From Glaucostegus cemiculus (Eukaryota), in NCBI GenBank assembly GCA_976551045.1, contig CDPCPM010000033.1, positions 27,342,001-27,406,000 of the forward strand: a stretch of 64,000 nucleotides of DNA. Reading direction: 5' to 3'. Shown piece by piece: positions 42,901 to 54,900 of the stretch. Positions within the stretch are counted from its first letter, which is position 1, and every line of letters begins with the position of its first letter. Under the pieces are notes generated by a model. It made no database searches. It was not told where the DNA came from and saw only the letters and a program-made list of their open reading frames with translations. The position numbers and the translations under genes are program-made.

Positions 42901-45900
42901 ATTTCATGTCAAGCAGCTGAGAGGAATGATATATATTTAAAAATAAATAAATTATATTAGCAGCCTGTTTTACCCTCTTTTATCCTCATCAATACTCTCC
43001 CCTGACTATACGAACAATGTTCAGCACTGTATTCTTTCCATGACCATTGCCTCAAGATTCCCCCACAGACAAAACCCCAACTCCCATCTCGCCTCCTATT
43101 CCAGACTCCATTCCCTTCCCTACCTAGGAATCCTTTCCAATCCCAAATCCCAGATTGAGCCAAATGCCCTGTTTGTTCCCAAGGTCTCACTCATTCCGTA
43201 GCCTCTCACCAAACAGGAATCCAGATGTGGCAAAAAATTTTGGTACAACATGGATTGCCGGAAGAGAAGGTTTCTTGCACAGACCATGGAATTAAGCTCC
43301 CAGCTGCTGGTGAGGGAATGGCAAGAGTCCCTTTTTCCCAGTGAGTGGTGGTTAGGTGAACTACTCCCCATTTTCTTTGGTTTTTGGAAATTTGTTCAAA
43401 ATCCAGGTAGTCCATGGCAGTGATTCACAATTTTTATATTGCTAATTGCTCTTTTGCAGGTTGTAGTAGTCATGGTATCAAATGCTAGAGTGCCTCAGTT
43501 TGCATAGGAAACATCTAACAGTCATAAATGTTGGTGTTCTATTTCCATTTGGGCATGAGCACATAACCTAGGCTGATTAATGAATGTAATATTGCTGAGA
43601 TCTTATGGTGAAGTTCCATCAATTCACTTAAGTGGTTCAAGTGCATGCAAGATTCCACTGAATTATTTGACAAAAAATGGAGAATTTTCCCGAAATCTTA
43701 GAAAATATTCCTCCTTCATTGAAAAAAACATAAAGGTTGTTTATCTCAGCTCCTGCAATTTCTGCATTTGTTTACATGACCACACATATAAAAATTTAAA
43801 ACATTTTTAAAATTTTTAAATTTTTTTTTATTTACAGCATGGTAACAGGCCCTTTCGGCCACGAGTCTGCGCCGCCCATTTTAACCCCCCAAATTAACCT
43901 ACCTGTATGTCTTTAGAATGTGGGAGGAAACCAGAGCACTCGGAGGAAACCCCCACAGACACGGGAGAACATACAAACTCCTTACAGTCAGTGATGGGAA
44001 TCGAACCTCGATCGCTGGCGCTGTAACAGCGTTGTGCTAACTGCTACACTACCGTGCTGCCCATAATTTAACAGTGTGCTGCCCAAATTTTATAACTTAC
44101 TGGCTGTGATGCAATTTAAATCCTTCTGAGGAATATGTTAGCGTGTCAGTGTTTTTATTCCAGGATAAGCTATAAACACCAGTGAACTGATTGTGAAGAG
44201 TATATCATGTTGAAGTAAAGAGTATCAACTTTCCTTCCTCAATATTGCTTATTCTTCTCGTTTGTAGTACTGCCACATTTACCTACATGACGGTAAATTT
44301 CCTCAGGGACATACTATTGTAGTAGACTGAAAAATACTCACCAACTTGATCCTTTGCCACAATTGTAATTTCACGTGGTACACCGTATCCTGCATCATTC
44401 TGTGCTCTTACTCTAAATGTGTATTCTTTTCCTTCTTTCAGATCAGGAGCTGTAAATTGCATGTTCTTGGACCTCATTAATTCACACCATGTGTCCCCTT
44501 CAAGCATCTTTTCAACAATGTAACCAGTAATTCGGCTTCCACCATCACTGATGGGTTTTTTCCACACCAAAGTGCATGATATCTTAGATACAGCTGCAGC
44601 TTTCAAATCTATCACTGGCCCAGGCTCCTCTGTAATAAGAAAACGGGTCATCTTAGTGAAAAAAAACTACAATATTAAGTTTTCTGTTTTATGTTCTGAA
44701 AAATAATTAGGTTATGCCTTGAAGGCATAACTTTTAATTCCTTACCTGAAGCTTTCACAGCATCTTTTGTCTCACATGGTTCACCAATGCCATACTCATT
44801 TTCAGCCAGAACTCTGAAGTAGTAATGTTTACTTTCTTCCAAGTTGATAACTCTGAAACTTGTCTTGGAACATTCAGTTGCTACAGTTGACCATGCCTTT
44901 CTTTCAGCATCTCGTTTCTCTACAATGTAATTTTTAACTGGACTGCCACCATCGATAAGAGGAGGATCCCAGGATATAACAGCATGATTTTTAGCTGTTT
45001 CCTTAACAATAAGATTAATGGGTGGACCAGGAGTGTCTAATTAAAAAGTAAAAATAAGTAAATAGCTGTCAGATTGAATAAAACAATTGGGATCAATTAG
45101 CTCTAAACTAATAAAATATTACTTTTTATTAAATAATTAACAACTTACCAAGAACCTTTACCATAATCGTATATGCCTTCACTCCACTGCTATTTTCTAA
45201 AGTTAAAATGTATTTTCCAGCATCGTATTTATTCACATTCTCACAGTACAACAGTGTGTCATAATCTGAAGTTCTGATTTCAAGTCCTTGTCTATCCTTG
45301 ATGTTGGCATCCATTTTAGACCAAGTAATCTTTGGTGAAGGTCGACCTCTCACTGGCACATAGATTCTCATTGTGACACCAGCACGCAGAACAAGTACCT
45401 TCCTTAAGTCAGCATCAAGATCTGCTTCAGGAGCAACTGTTCAGAAAAATAAATAAAATTACTATTAAAATATTTAGTATGTGTATCACAGTGCTGTGCA
45501 CCTAACAGATCACAGAATCAGAGTCAACTGCCTCTTCATCCTGTTACACTACACAAAACTCTTTGGAGCTCTCTTCATCAAGGGTGTGAAAACAGAGTGT
45601 TTGAATATTTTTAAGGCAGGCATACTTAGAGTCTTGATAAGCAAGGTACAACAGATCACAGGAATAGGCAGGAATAAAGGGTTGAGGTTACAATCAGAGC
45701 AGCCATGATTTTATACATGAAGGAACAGATATGAGGGGCTGAGTAGCCTACTCCTGCTTTTAATTCATTTGTTTGCATATTTGCTCTATACCATGCCACT
45801 CCCAATGCATTATGCTCAGGAATGGTTCTGATAGCTTCCCATGCATCCCTTCCTGTAGTTCTCCCTAGTGCAGCAACTCTGGTCCCAGGTGTATAAGATA

Positions 45901-48900
45901 AAAGGAAAAGATAGCAAGGGGACACAAGAGAGGTGGAGATATTAACCATGAAACATAAAGGAGATAGTGACAGACACCTAGACAGATTAAAAGAATGGAC
46001 GTGCAGAATTTAAATTACTCTGTCAGATACTAGGCCATGAACATTTAAAATGCTTGGGTGAAATTTCCCTCTCTATTAACCTAAATATTTGATATAGGCT
46101 AATGGGCAAAATCTTGCTGGATGCAGTGCACACTTTGCATTCAATTGTCATAGATGCCCAAGATTGCAGTTAACTTTTGTGATCATGAAGCTCCTAGTTT
46201 TATGCCTCCCTTACTGTTGCATCTGTCCTGTGAGGGAAGCAATTTCCAAGATGGAGTGATAGACCCAGGCTGTGGAAAGTAATTCCCCACCTATGGATTG
46301 CCCTGAAGACAGCTCACATTGTTAGAAGATCGATCTGACAGAAGACTTATTTCACAATTTTTAATGTTAGGAATAGTTAGTGGTCAGGTTAGAAATAATG
46401 AGATTAAATAATAAATGATAAATAATAAAAACACTTCGAATATTTGTCTTAGGTAAAATAAAATAGGGAACCATTTCAGAATCAGGATCAATTATTATCT
46501 CCATTTTATATGACATGAAATTGATTTTTTTTCATTCAAACAAATGAGGCTGTGCTAATGTACCAGGTATGGCTAGTGTGAAGCTGAGAATCCAGATACA
46601 AGGTGTACACAGCTCTTCAGCTCAGTTTGCTGCAGAACACCCATAGATTCAATGCTGAGCCCAGGGGCTCAGCAATAGGTCAGATGTGGGATATTTCTTG
46701 AGACAATATTTAATTTCCTGCACATGAGTTATGAAACTTACTTAATATGTCTTTGGCTGTATGTTTTTCAGGCACTTCACTTGGATCACTGAAGCCTATT
46801 TTGTTAACGGCGCTTACACGGAACTGATATTCAGTTCCTTCACATAGTCCTGTTACAGTATAGTGTGTATCATGAAGGGCCTTTGGTATATTGCATTTTA
46901 TCCAGTTTTCACCATCAGCACGTTTAATTTCAACTAGGTATCCCAAGATTGGACTGCCACCATCATATGCTGGTTTACTCCATGACAAGCTGATAGTATT
47001 ATGAGTTGTATCAACCACTTTCGGGAAAGCAGGAGGTCCTGGAGGATCTAAAAGAAAAGAAAATAACTTGCATGAAAAAAATTGGTTAAAACTAAAAGAC
47101 TATACTACAATATGTATATACATACGATCATATAGCTGCTTACATTGAGGATCAAAAGCAATTGCTGCTTTTGAAGATTCACTGGGTTTGCCTGGTCCAG
47201 CTTTATTCAAAGCAATAACTCGGTACTCATACTCAGTTCCTTCTTGAAGTCCTGTAGCTTTGACTGTTCTTTCCAATACTGGCTTTCTATTGACTTTTGA
47301 CCAATTTACAGCACTTGCCTCACGTTTCTCCAGCAAATATCCAGTCACAGGAGAGCCACCATCATCTGATGGGGCTTTCCAGCTAACAGTCATATGATCT
47401 TTTGTGATGTTGCTAATTATTGGAGGATCACATGGCCCAGGTACATCTGCAAGGAAACAGAATAAGTATTAAATATATTTTAAATATTATAGAAATTATA
47501 ATCAAACATAGCTACAAAGCTAAAATGTTTAATTTACCATATGGATTTTTAGCAACAACTGAATTCGTCATTATTGGGTCACCAATGCCATACTTGTTTT
47601 CAGCACTGACACGGAACTGGTATTCATGTCCTTCAATCAGTTTTTCTACACCACACTTCGTAAATTGTAAATTAGCAGAAACTTGAGCCCAATTAGGACG
47701 GCTTGTCTCACGTTTATCAACAATGTAGTTTGTAATCTCAGCACCGCCATCCTCAAGAGGAGGTTCCCAATTCAGAGTAACACGATCTGAATAAACATTG
47801 CTAATTTTGATAGAAGCTGGTGGGCCAGGTTTATCTATATTAAAGAAAACAGAAAATAAGATGCATTAATATTTTAGAAGAACATGTTTTACTTGAATAG
47901 GTCCATTCCTTTAAAAACCTTGTTTTCCTCTTTTATTCATTAACCTCAAGGAAAAATATTATGTTGTTTCATTACCTTCTCAAGAAATAATGTTTATAGT
48001 ATTTCATTAAATATAGATGCATATTTATATACATATTTTATAAAGCAACTGCACAATTAACAATAGATCCATATATATGTTATATTAAGTATTATAATTT
48101 TTTTTACCGAGTACTTTAACTTTCACATTGGCTGACTTGGATCCACTCTCGTTTTCTGCAACAATTGTGTACTCTCCAGTTTCTTTCCTTCGTACACTAA
48201 ATAATTCAAGTGTGCACAGATTCCTTACTCTGGCTATCTTAATGCCTTCAGCAGATGTTATTATCTTGCCATCTTTCTTCCATGTGATCTTTGGAAAAGG
48301 CTTTCCAAAGACATTAGCATCTAAACAAACATTGGATCCAGCCTTTGCAGTGACCAGAGACTTCATTGACACACCCAAATCAATTTTTGGTGCAACTGTA
48401 AATTGAACAAAGCATTAGTGTGAATATTTTCCTCTATTTATCCATTAATTTATTTTAATGTCTTATATTGCAAGATCAAAAATTAGAATCAAATAAAATA
48501 TATGGTAAAGTGATATTAATTTGTTACCATGCTCTGCCAGGATGGTCACTGGGTCTGAAGGTTCAGATGGCTTGCTTATATTAACTGTGGTCTTTGCAAT
48601 AACCTTGAATTGATACTGGGCACCTTCTTCAAGACTGGTAACAGTGAATTCCTCATGAGGTACATTTAGGCAGTTGGTATTGCACCGTATCCACTTATCA
48701 CCAGGTAGTTTACAGGCTTCAACATAATAACCGATTAGTTTGCTCCCACCATCATGTTTTGGTCTTGCCCAGATGAGAGATACAGAATTATTTGTCACAT
48801 CAACAGGTTCAGGTTTGCCTGGTGGATCTGTATCAGAACATCAATAGACGTTTGTTACGTACAAAAGCAATAATATTTAAGTTGCTTTATGAAATTAATT

Positions 48901-51900
48901 CAATAACTGGTTTCAAATTTTTGGGAATACTTACCAACAGGAATCCTGGCTGTTTCAAACTCAGTTGGCTTACTAGGTTTGCTAGCTCCTGCTCTGTTCA
49001 GTGCACTGACTCTGAAGGTATATTCTAGTCCTTCAATTAACCCTGAACACGGGAACTCAGTAGTACGGACAGAAGTGTCATTTGCCTTCACCCAAAGAAG
49101 ACTATTTCTTTCTTTACGCTCAATAATATATCCAGTAATGGGACTACCACCATCACTTTCTGGTCTATCCCATGCGACAAACATGCAATCCTTGTTTGCC
49201 TTCGTGATATGTGCATTCTTTGGTTCACTTGGAACATCTGTGGACAAAAATAAACATTAATTATGGTCATCTCAATAACAAGATTTTGAGACCTTAACAA
49301 AATGTAACTTCATAACTTACCAAATTGGTATTTTGCAATCATTTTATCAGAGGTAAGAGGTTCTGAAACACCAAATCTGTTTTCTGCACGAACACGGAAC
49401 ATGTACTCGTTGCCAGGGGTAAGTTTACCAATTCTACAGTTCGTTTTAGTTACAGAAGCTATGACAGTAACCCAGTCACCACGGCTCAAATCACATTTCT
49501 CAACAACATAGTTTGTTATGTTGCTGCCACCATCTTCAAATGGAATGTGCCAATTAAGACTGCATGCATCAGCATCAATTTCTGAAATGTCAAATGGAGG
49601 TTGTGGAGGTCCGGGAATATCTGAAAAAAAACCATCAATAACGATTAATTAACATTGGTTTCGTATAAACCAATTAATAGAAACTGACTTATTCAGCTCA
49701 AGCAAATTCAAAGCATTATGTATTTATAAAAGCAAGTATACAAACCCATTATCACTACTCGGATTTTCTGGGTGGTGATGCCAGAGCTATTTTCCGCAGA
49801 AAGACTGTAGAAGCCACTATCTTTCCTGGTAACATCTTTGATGATGAGTACAGAAGTGTTCTTTGTCTTATGCACAACAAGACGGCTGGATGGATCCACA
49901 ACTTCTTCATTTTTCATCCACTTGCAAGTTGGTGCAGGCTTGCCAGTTACATGAGCCTCAATTCTGAGTTTCTGTCCAGCTTTGATGGTTATAAATTCTG
50001 GCATGATAATCTTTGGTGCCACTATTAGGAAAACATAGCATTAGTGTTAGCATAGTGCAAGAAAGGAAATCTTTGTTACAATTTTTCTAGCATGTGCTAT
50101 CACCAGATGATCTCAACCTTCAAAGAATTACAGACAAGACCCATAGTTAGGTAACATAATGCAAATGAGGCATTAACCTCACGTAGGTTGCACCTCATGA
50201 TAATTGCAATGCGCTAACGTTGTGTAATTTGAAAGCCTTCTTCACAATATTATTTTTTCAAAAGTTTGTTTCAATTTTGATACTTTATTCATAAAGAAAT
50301 ATTTCCTGTTTACTTACTCAGTTGTTCTTTAATTTCAAAAAGTCCTTCAGCTTCTCTGGGCAAGCTGACCCCTACAATATTTCTCGCTGAGACTCTGAAT
50401 TTGTATTTGATTCCTTCCTTTAGGCCTGTTACAAGAATATTGAGATCCTTGATTATGGAGTATTGTGTCCAATGTTTCTCAGGTTCGCCTTCTTTCTGGT
50501 ATTCAATGATATAACCATCAATTTTAGCACCTCCATCCCTTATAGGTGGTAACCATGTCAGTGAGGCACTATTCTTTGTTATATCAACAACATCCAATTT
50601 CTTGGGTGGATCTGGTTCACCTAAAAATCAAATTACAAAATTATTTTGAGACTAAATGATAAAATAATCTACAAAAAATTATGAAAAAAATCTGGCAAAG
50701 TCCACTTGTTTTTTCTTAGCTTAATGATAAAATACAAACATATTATACTTACTGACTGGATCCCTTGCTAATACTGATTTGGGAATGTCTTTTGGAACCC
50801 CAGGACCATATTGATTGACAGCAGTTACTCTGAAGTAGTACTCGGTTCCAGGTGCTAAACCAATCACTTTGAAACTAGTTTTTTTCAAATCTTGTATCAC
50901 TCTGCCCCAGGATTTCCTGTCTGCTTCACGCTTCTCCAAAATATAGTGAGTTACTGGACTACCACCATCATTTTCAGGTGGTGACCATGACAACTGGCAT
51001 CCTGTTTTTGTAACATCTGAAGCATCAAAATCTGAGACAGGACCCGGTGTATCTGGAATTGAGAAAAAAAAATCATCAATGTCAAGCAACAAAAAAACCC
51101 AAAATCATAGAACATCACAGGACATCATTAAGCCCATCAAGTCTATGCTGTGAAGTCGGAGCATTTTAGTTAATCTCACTCAACTCTTCTCCCATTTCCC
51201 TGAATTAATTTTCTCCTTCATCTAATTCTCTTTTGAAAGCTGCCATTGAATCTATTTCTACTATTAAGCAGTACATTTCAAATCCTAACCACTTATAGAA
51301 CAAAAAAAGCTTTTCTCTTGTTGCTTTTTCTTGTTAATCACTTCAGTGTGTGCCTTCAAATGTTCATCCATTGTAAATAAGTTTGTTTGTTTGTATGTTT
51401 GTTTTTATTTACTCTATCTGAATCCTTCCTGACATTAAGCTTTGTCAGTCTTTTCTGCCCTAATTGAACCATTGCAAATTGAGTGCAATATGCAACATCT
51501 ACAAAATGCACTGCAATTACTTAGCAATTCCAACAGAACCTCCCAAACTTGTGACCTCTACCACCACAACAGAGACTGGCATATGAGAGCATTGCCACCT
51601 GCTGATTCCCCTCTAGGTCACACATCATCCTGACTTGGGAACACGTCCTTCATTATTACTGGGTCTAAATCCTGAAACTCTGCTCAACAGTGTTGTGGGA
51701 GTACCTTCAATGAGAGGACTGCAGTGGTTCAAGGAGATGGCTCACCTGCACTTTCTCAAGGGTAGTTGGTGGATGGACTATAAGTAGCATTGTCAGCAAT
51801 ATCCACATCCCAATAAAAACAAAATATAATCAATTAATGCAAATTCTTTAGTTTTTTTTCTGTACTCTTTCCTAAATCATCCAAAGCTATTTGAGGTGTG

Positions 51901-54900
51901 GTATCTAGAATTGGATGCATTATTTGAGCCAATGCCAAATTAGTGCTTTGAGAGGTTTTGCATAACTTCTTGCTTTTTTTGCTTTGTTCTGGGGACAAAT
52001 TAAAATTTGCCTAGAAATTCTAGCACATATTTGGGTGTGCCTGAAGGCCATGGAAACAAGGTTTAGCTGTTGGTCCAATTCATAAACCTACAGTTCTACT
52101 TATGGCTAAAGGCCTTCTTTCCTGAGGCTGTGCTTGGGAGATGGTTGTCCACTAGCCCAAACCGATACAATAGAAGGAAGAAATGGGGTGAATATTGGCT
52201 GGGGGTGGTGGACTGCAACAGCATTTGAAGCTGCAGTGTTGGGGGGGATGGAGAAGTGGAAAGAGGAAATCAGGAATGGCTAGCAGGGTTTTGCGGGATT
52301 AGGAAGGGCTAGCACTTTGTTGTGCGTGGGGTAGAGGGAGAGGCAGTGCATGGAATAGTGAATTTTGGAGTGGGAGGGGCCTTAATTTGTATGGTAGCAT
52401 CCTTTGGTTGACCATGGGTTTCAGTAAGGTCACTGGGAAGGCTTTCCATTTTGGTGTGGAAACCTCCAAGAATTTACATATGCACTTCATTAAGCTTGCA
52501 AGCCTTCCAGTCTGGCACTGCAGTCTGAAGATTACTTTGTCCCAGGACTGACCAATGGCAGATGCCCCCAGCTTAACCTAGTCCAAGTTCCCACTCAGTG
52601 CTCCAAAATCATGATGTGTGGCACTATCGTGGAAATCACAGTGAGCTGCAAGGATGATGCAAAGTGACCTGAAAATGGTTTTCTCATATTTCACTCTGAA
52701 AAAATGCAGATGCATAATGCTGAAAAAGTGTTATGTTATGTAACTGAATTTCTAGGCTTGTGTTTTATTGGGTCAGATTGTGATCCTCTTCAGCTCATGA
52801 CTTCAGAGAGAACTGCTAATGAACAGCATTACGGCATACTGTAGGTTAGTGCTTTCCTGATTTTTGCACGTGTACACAGCAGCACAGCAGTAGAAAAGGA
52901 ACTGGAGGTCAGCTGTTGTGTATTTGACTTCCAGGACTGAGTTCAGGGGCAGAATGCAAGGGGTCAAGTACACTTTGTAACTGGCTGTCTAGCTTTATGC
53001 CAGCTGTGCTAGGCTTATTTTCTTTATTTTAATTATTATGCTTTTACTTAATTTATGTTAATTGTGTGTGCTTTTAAATTTGTTATTTTTAATTTTAATT
53101 GAGTTGATTAAATCTATTTCAACTGGTTTTAAATCTCTGATTATCAGGGAAACAGTTAAGGCTGTTAACATGCCCCATTAACATGTCAGAAAATCCTCCC
53201 CCATAATCAAATCAAATCAGGAAATAGAACTCAAAAAAAAATAGTACTCACCTAAAACTTTAACATTCACAAACACAGCCTTTTCACCTGCTGCGTTTAC
53301 AAGTGTCAATGAATATTTGCCAGAATCATCACGAGTACTATCAGGAATGACAAGGAAAGTCATTGTGTCGATCAAGTCTATTTGACCCTTTCTAACAACG
53401 TTGTCTATTCCAATTTTCCTCCAGGTAACTTTAGGTGCTGGTCGGCCTCTGATGGTGGCAAATAATCTGATAGGACATCCTGCTCTGACAGTTAAAACCT
53501 TTCTCAGGCTTGCATCTAAGTCGATCTCTGGTGGTTCTGAAAAAGATCCATTTTATGAAAGAAATTACTTTCTTGATACAAAGAATTAAACATATTTTAT
53601 TATACCATAAAGGAAAGAAAGGTAAAATGCAGTGCATACCTAAAATCTCTTTTGGAGATACTGCTTCTTTAAGTTCAGCAGGGCGACCAATTCCAACCTG
53701 ATTCTGTGCATAAACCTTAAATTCATATTCTTGTTTCTCATCAAGGCCACTTGTAGTAAACTGAGTTACAACTAGCTGAGCTGCAACATTACATCTCGTC
53801 CATCCTTCTTCAGGAGACTTACTGACACCTTTCGGTCTCATTTCAACAACATAACCAGTGACGGGAGAACCACCATCATATACAGGCTTTGTCCAGCCAA
53901 GAGTAATGGAGGTCTTTGTACTATCAATCACCTTCAGGCCACTTGGTGGACCAGGAGGTTCTGTGTACAGAGAAGCAGAATATTAATTAGGAGAATGTAG
54001 TGTGAGTGATGAGAAAAGCAATCAAACTTATTGTTTATAGAAAATTGACCTAATGTTAAAAATACACATACCCATAGGATCCTTTGCTGCTACTGGTCTT
54101 GAAGGTGGACTTGGTTCTCCTAATCCAACTTCATTTTCAGCTTTGACACGGAACTGGTATTCATGTCCAGGAATTAAATTTGTAACTTTCATTCTTCTTT
54201 CTGGGATTGGACTCTTGGTGATCGCCACCCATCTAACAGATCGTTTTTCTTTTCTCTCCAATATATATCCTGTGATTGATTTTCCACCATCATCTTCTGG
54301 TGGATTCCATACAACAGTCATTTCTTCCTTGCTGACTTTTGTGACCTCTGGCGCATCTGGAGGACCAGGTCTATTGAACTGTGTCTTAGCTACAATTGGC
54401 TTAGTTTCTGCTGGTGGACCTGTACCTATTTTGTTTTCTGCACGCACTCTGAATATGTATTCATTTCCTTCAATCAAACGAGTGACATTTGCATATTCAT
54501 TAATTATAGAAGTAGAAAATACAGACCAGACCATTCTTTTGCTTTCACATTTTTCTAGAACATAGTTTTGGATTTCACAGCCACCATCATCTGCTGGTGG
54601 GTCCCAGCTGACTCTACACCTATCACTTGCAATGCCAGATACTTTCAGATTTCTGACTTCACTTGGTACATCCAAAACGTTCACAGTAGCATAAGCTGTA
54701 AAGGAACCAGCTAGATTGGTTGCAGTGATTGTATATTTACCACTGTTTTCTCGCTTAGATTTAGTTACGATTAATTTGGATGCATCAGCAGTTGTTTCAA
54801 TCTTAGCCCTGGGTGATCTGCTAAGATCAATTGCATCTTTGTCTTTTACCCAAACAACTTCTGGTTGAGGTTTGCCTCTCAGTGCAGCCTCAATTCTGAA

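Larger units (their letters stand above)
3011..53536 (-). repeat. C-zone: eleven 11-domain super-repeats (A43-A163)
   Basis: Domain-by-domain count gives 11 x (Ig-Fn-Fn-Ig-Fn-Fn-Fn-Ig-Fn-Fn-Fn). Inside the giant exon, equivalent codons of repeat-initial Igs lie at 38533, 35281, 32035, 28789, 25540 and 22306. Confidence 0.93.

Noticed and set aside
42957-43415. Three short minus-strand ORFs in the largest intron as possible cryptic titin exons
   Set aside because: No Ig/Fn3 motifs, and the domain series A56-A57 is already complete without them.
43990-44062. tRNA-like A/B boxes
   Set aside because: This is the head of the V-SINE, followed by V-domain and LINE tail, with no complete cloverleaf; it is not a tRNA gene.
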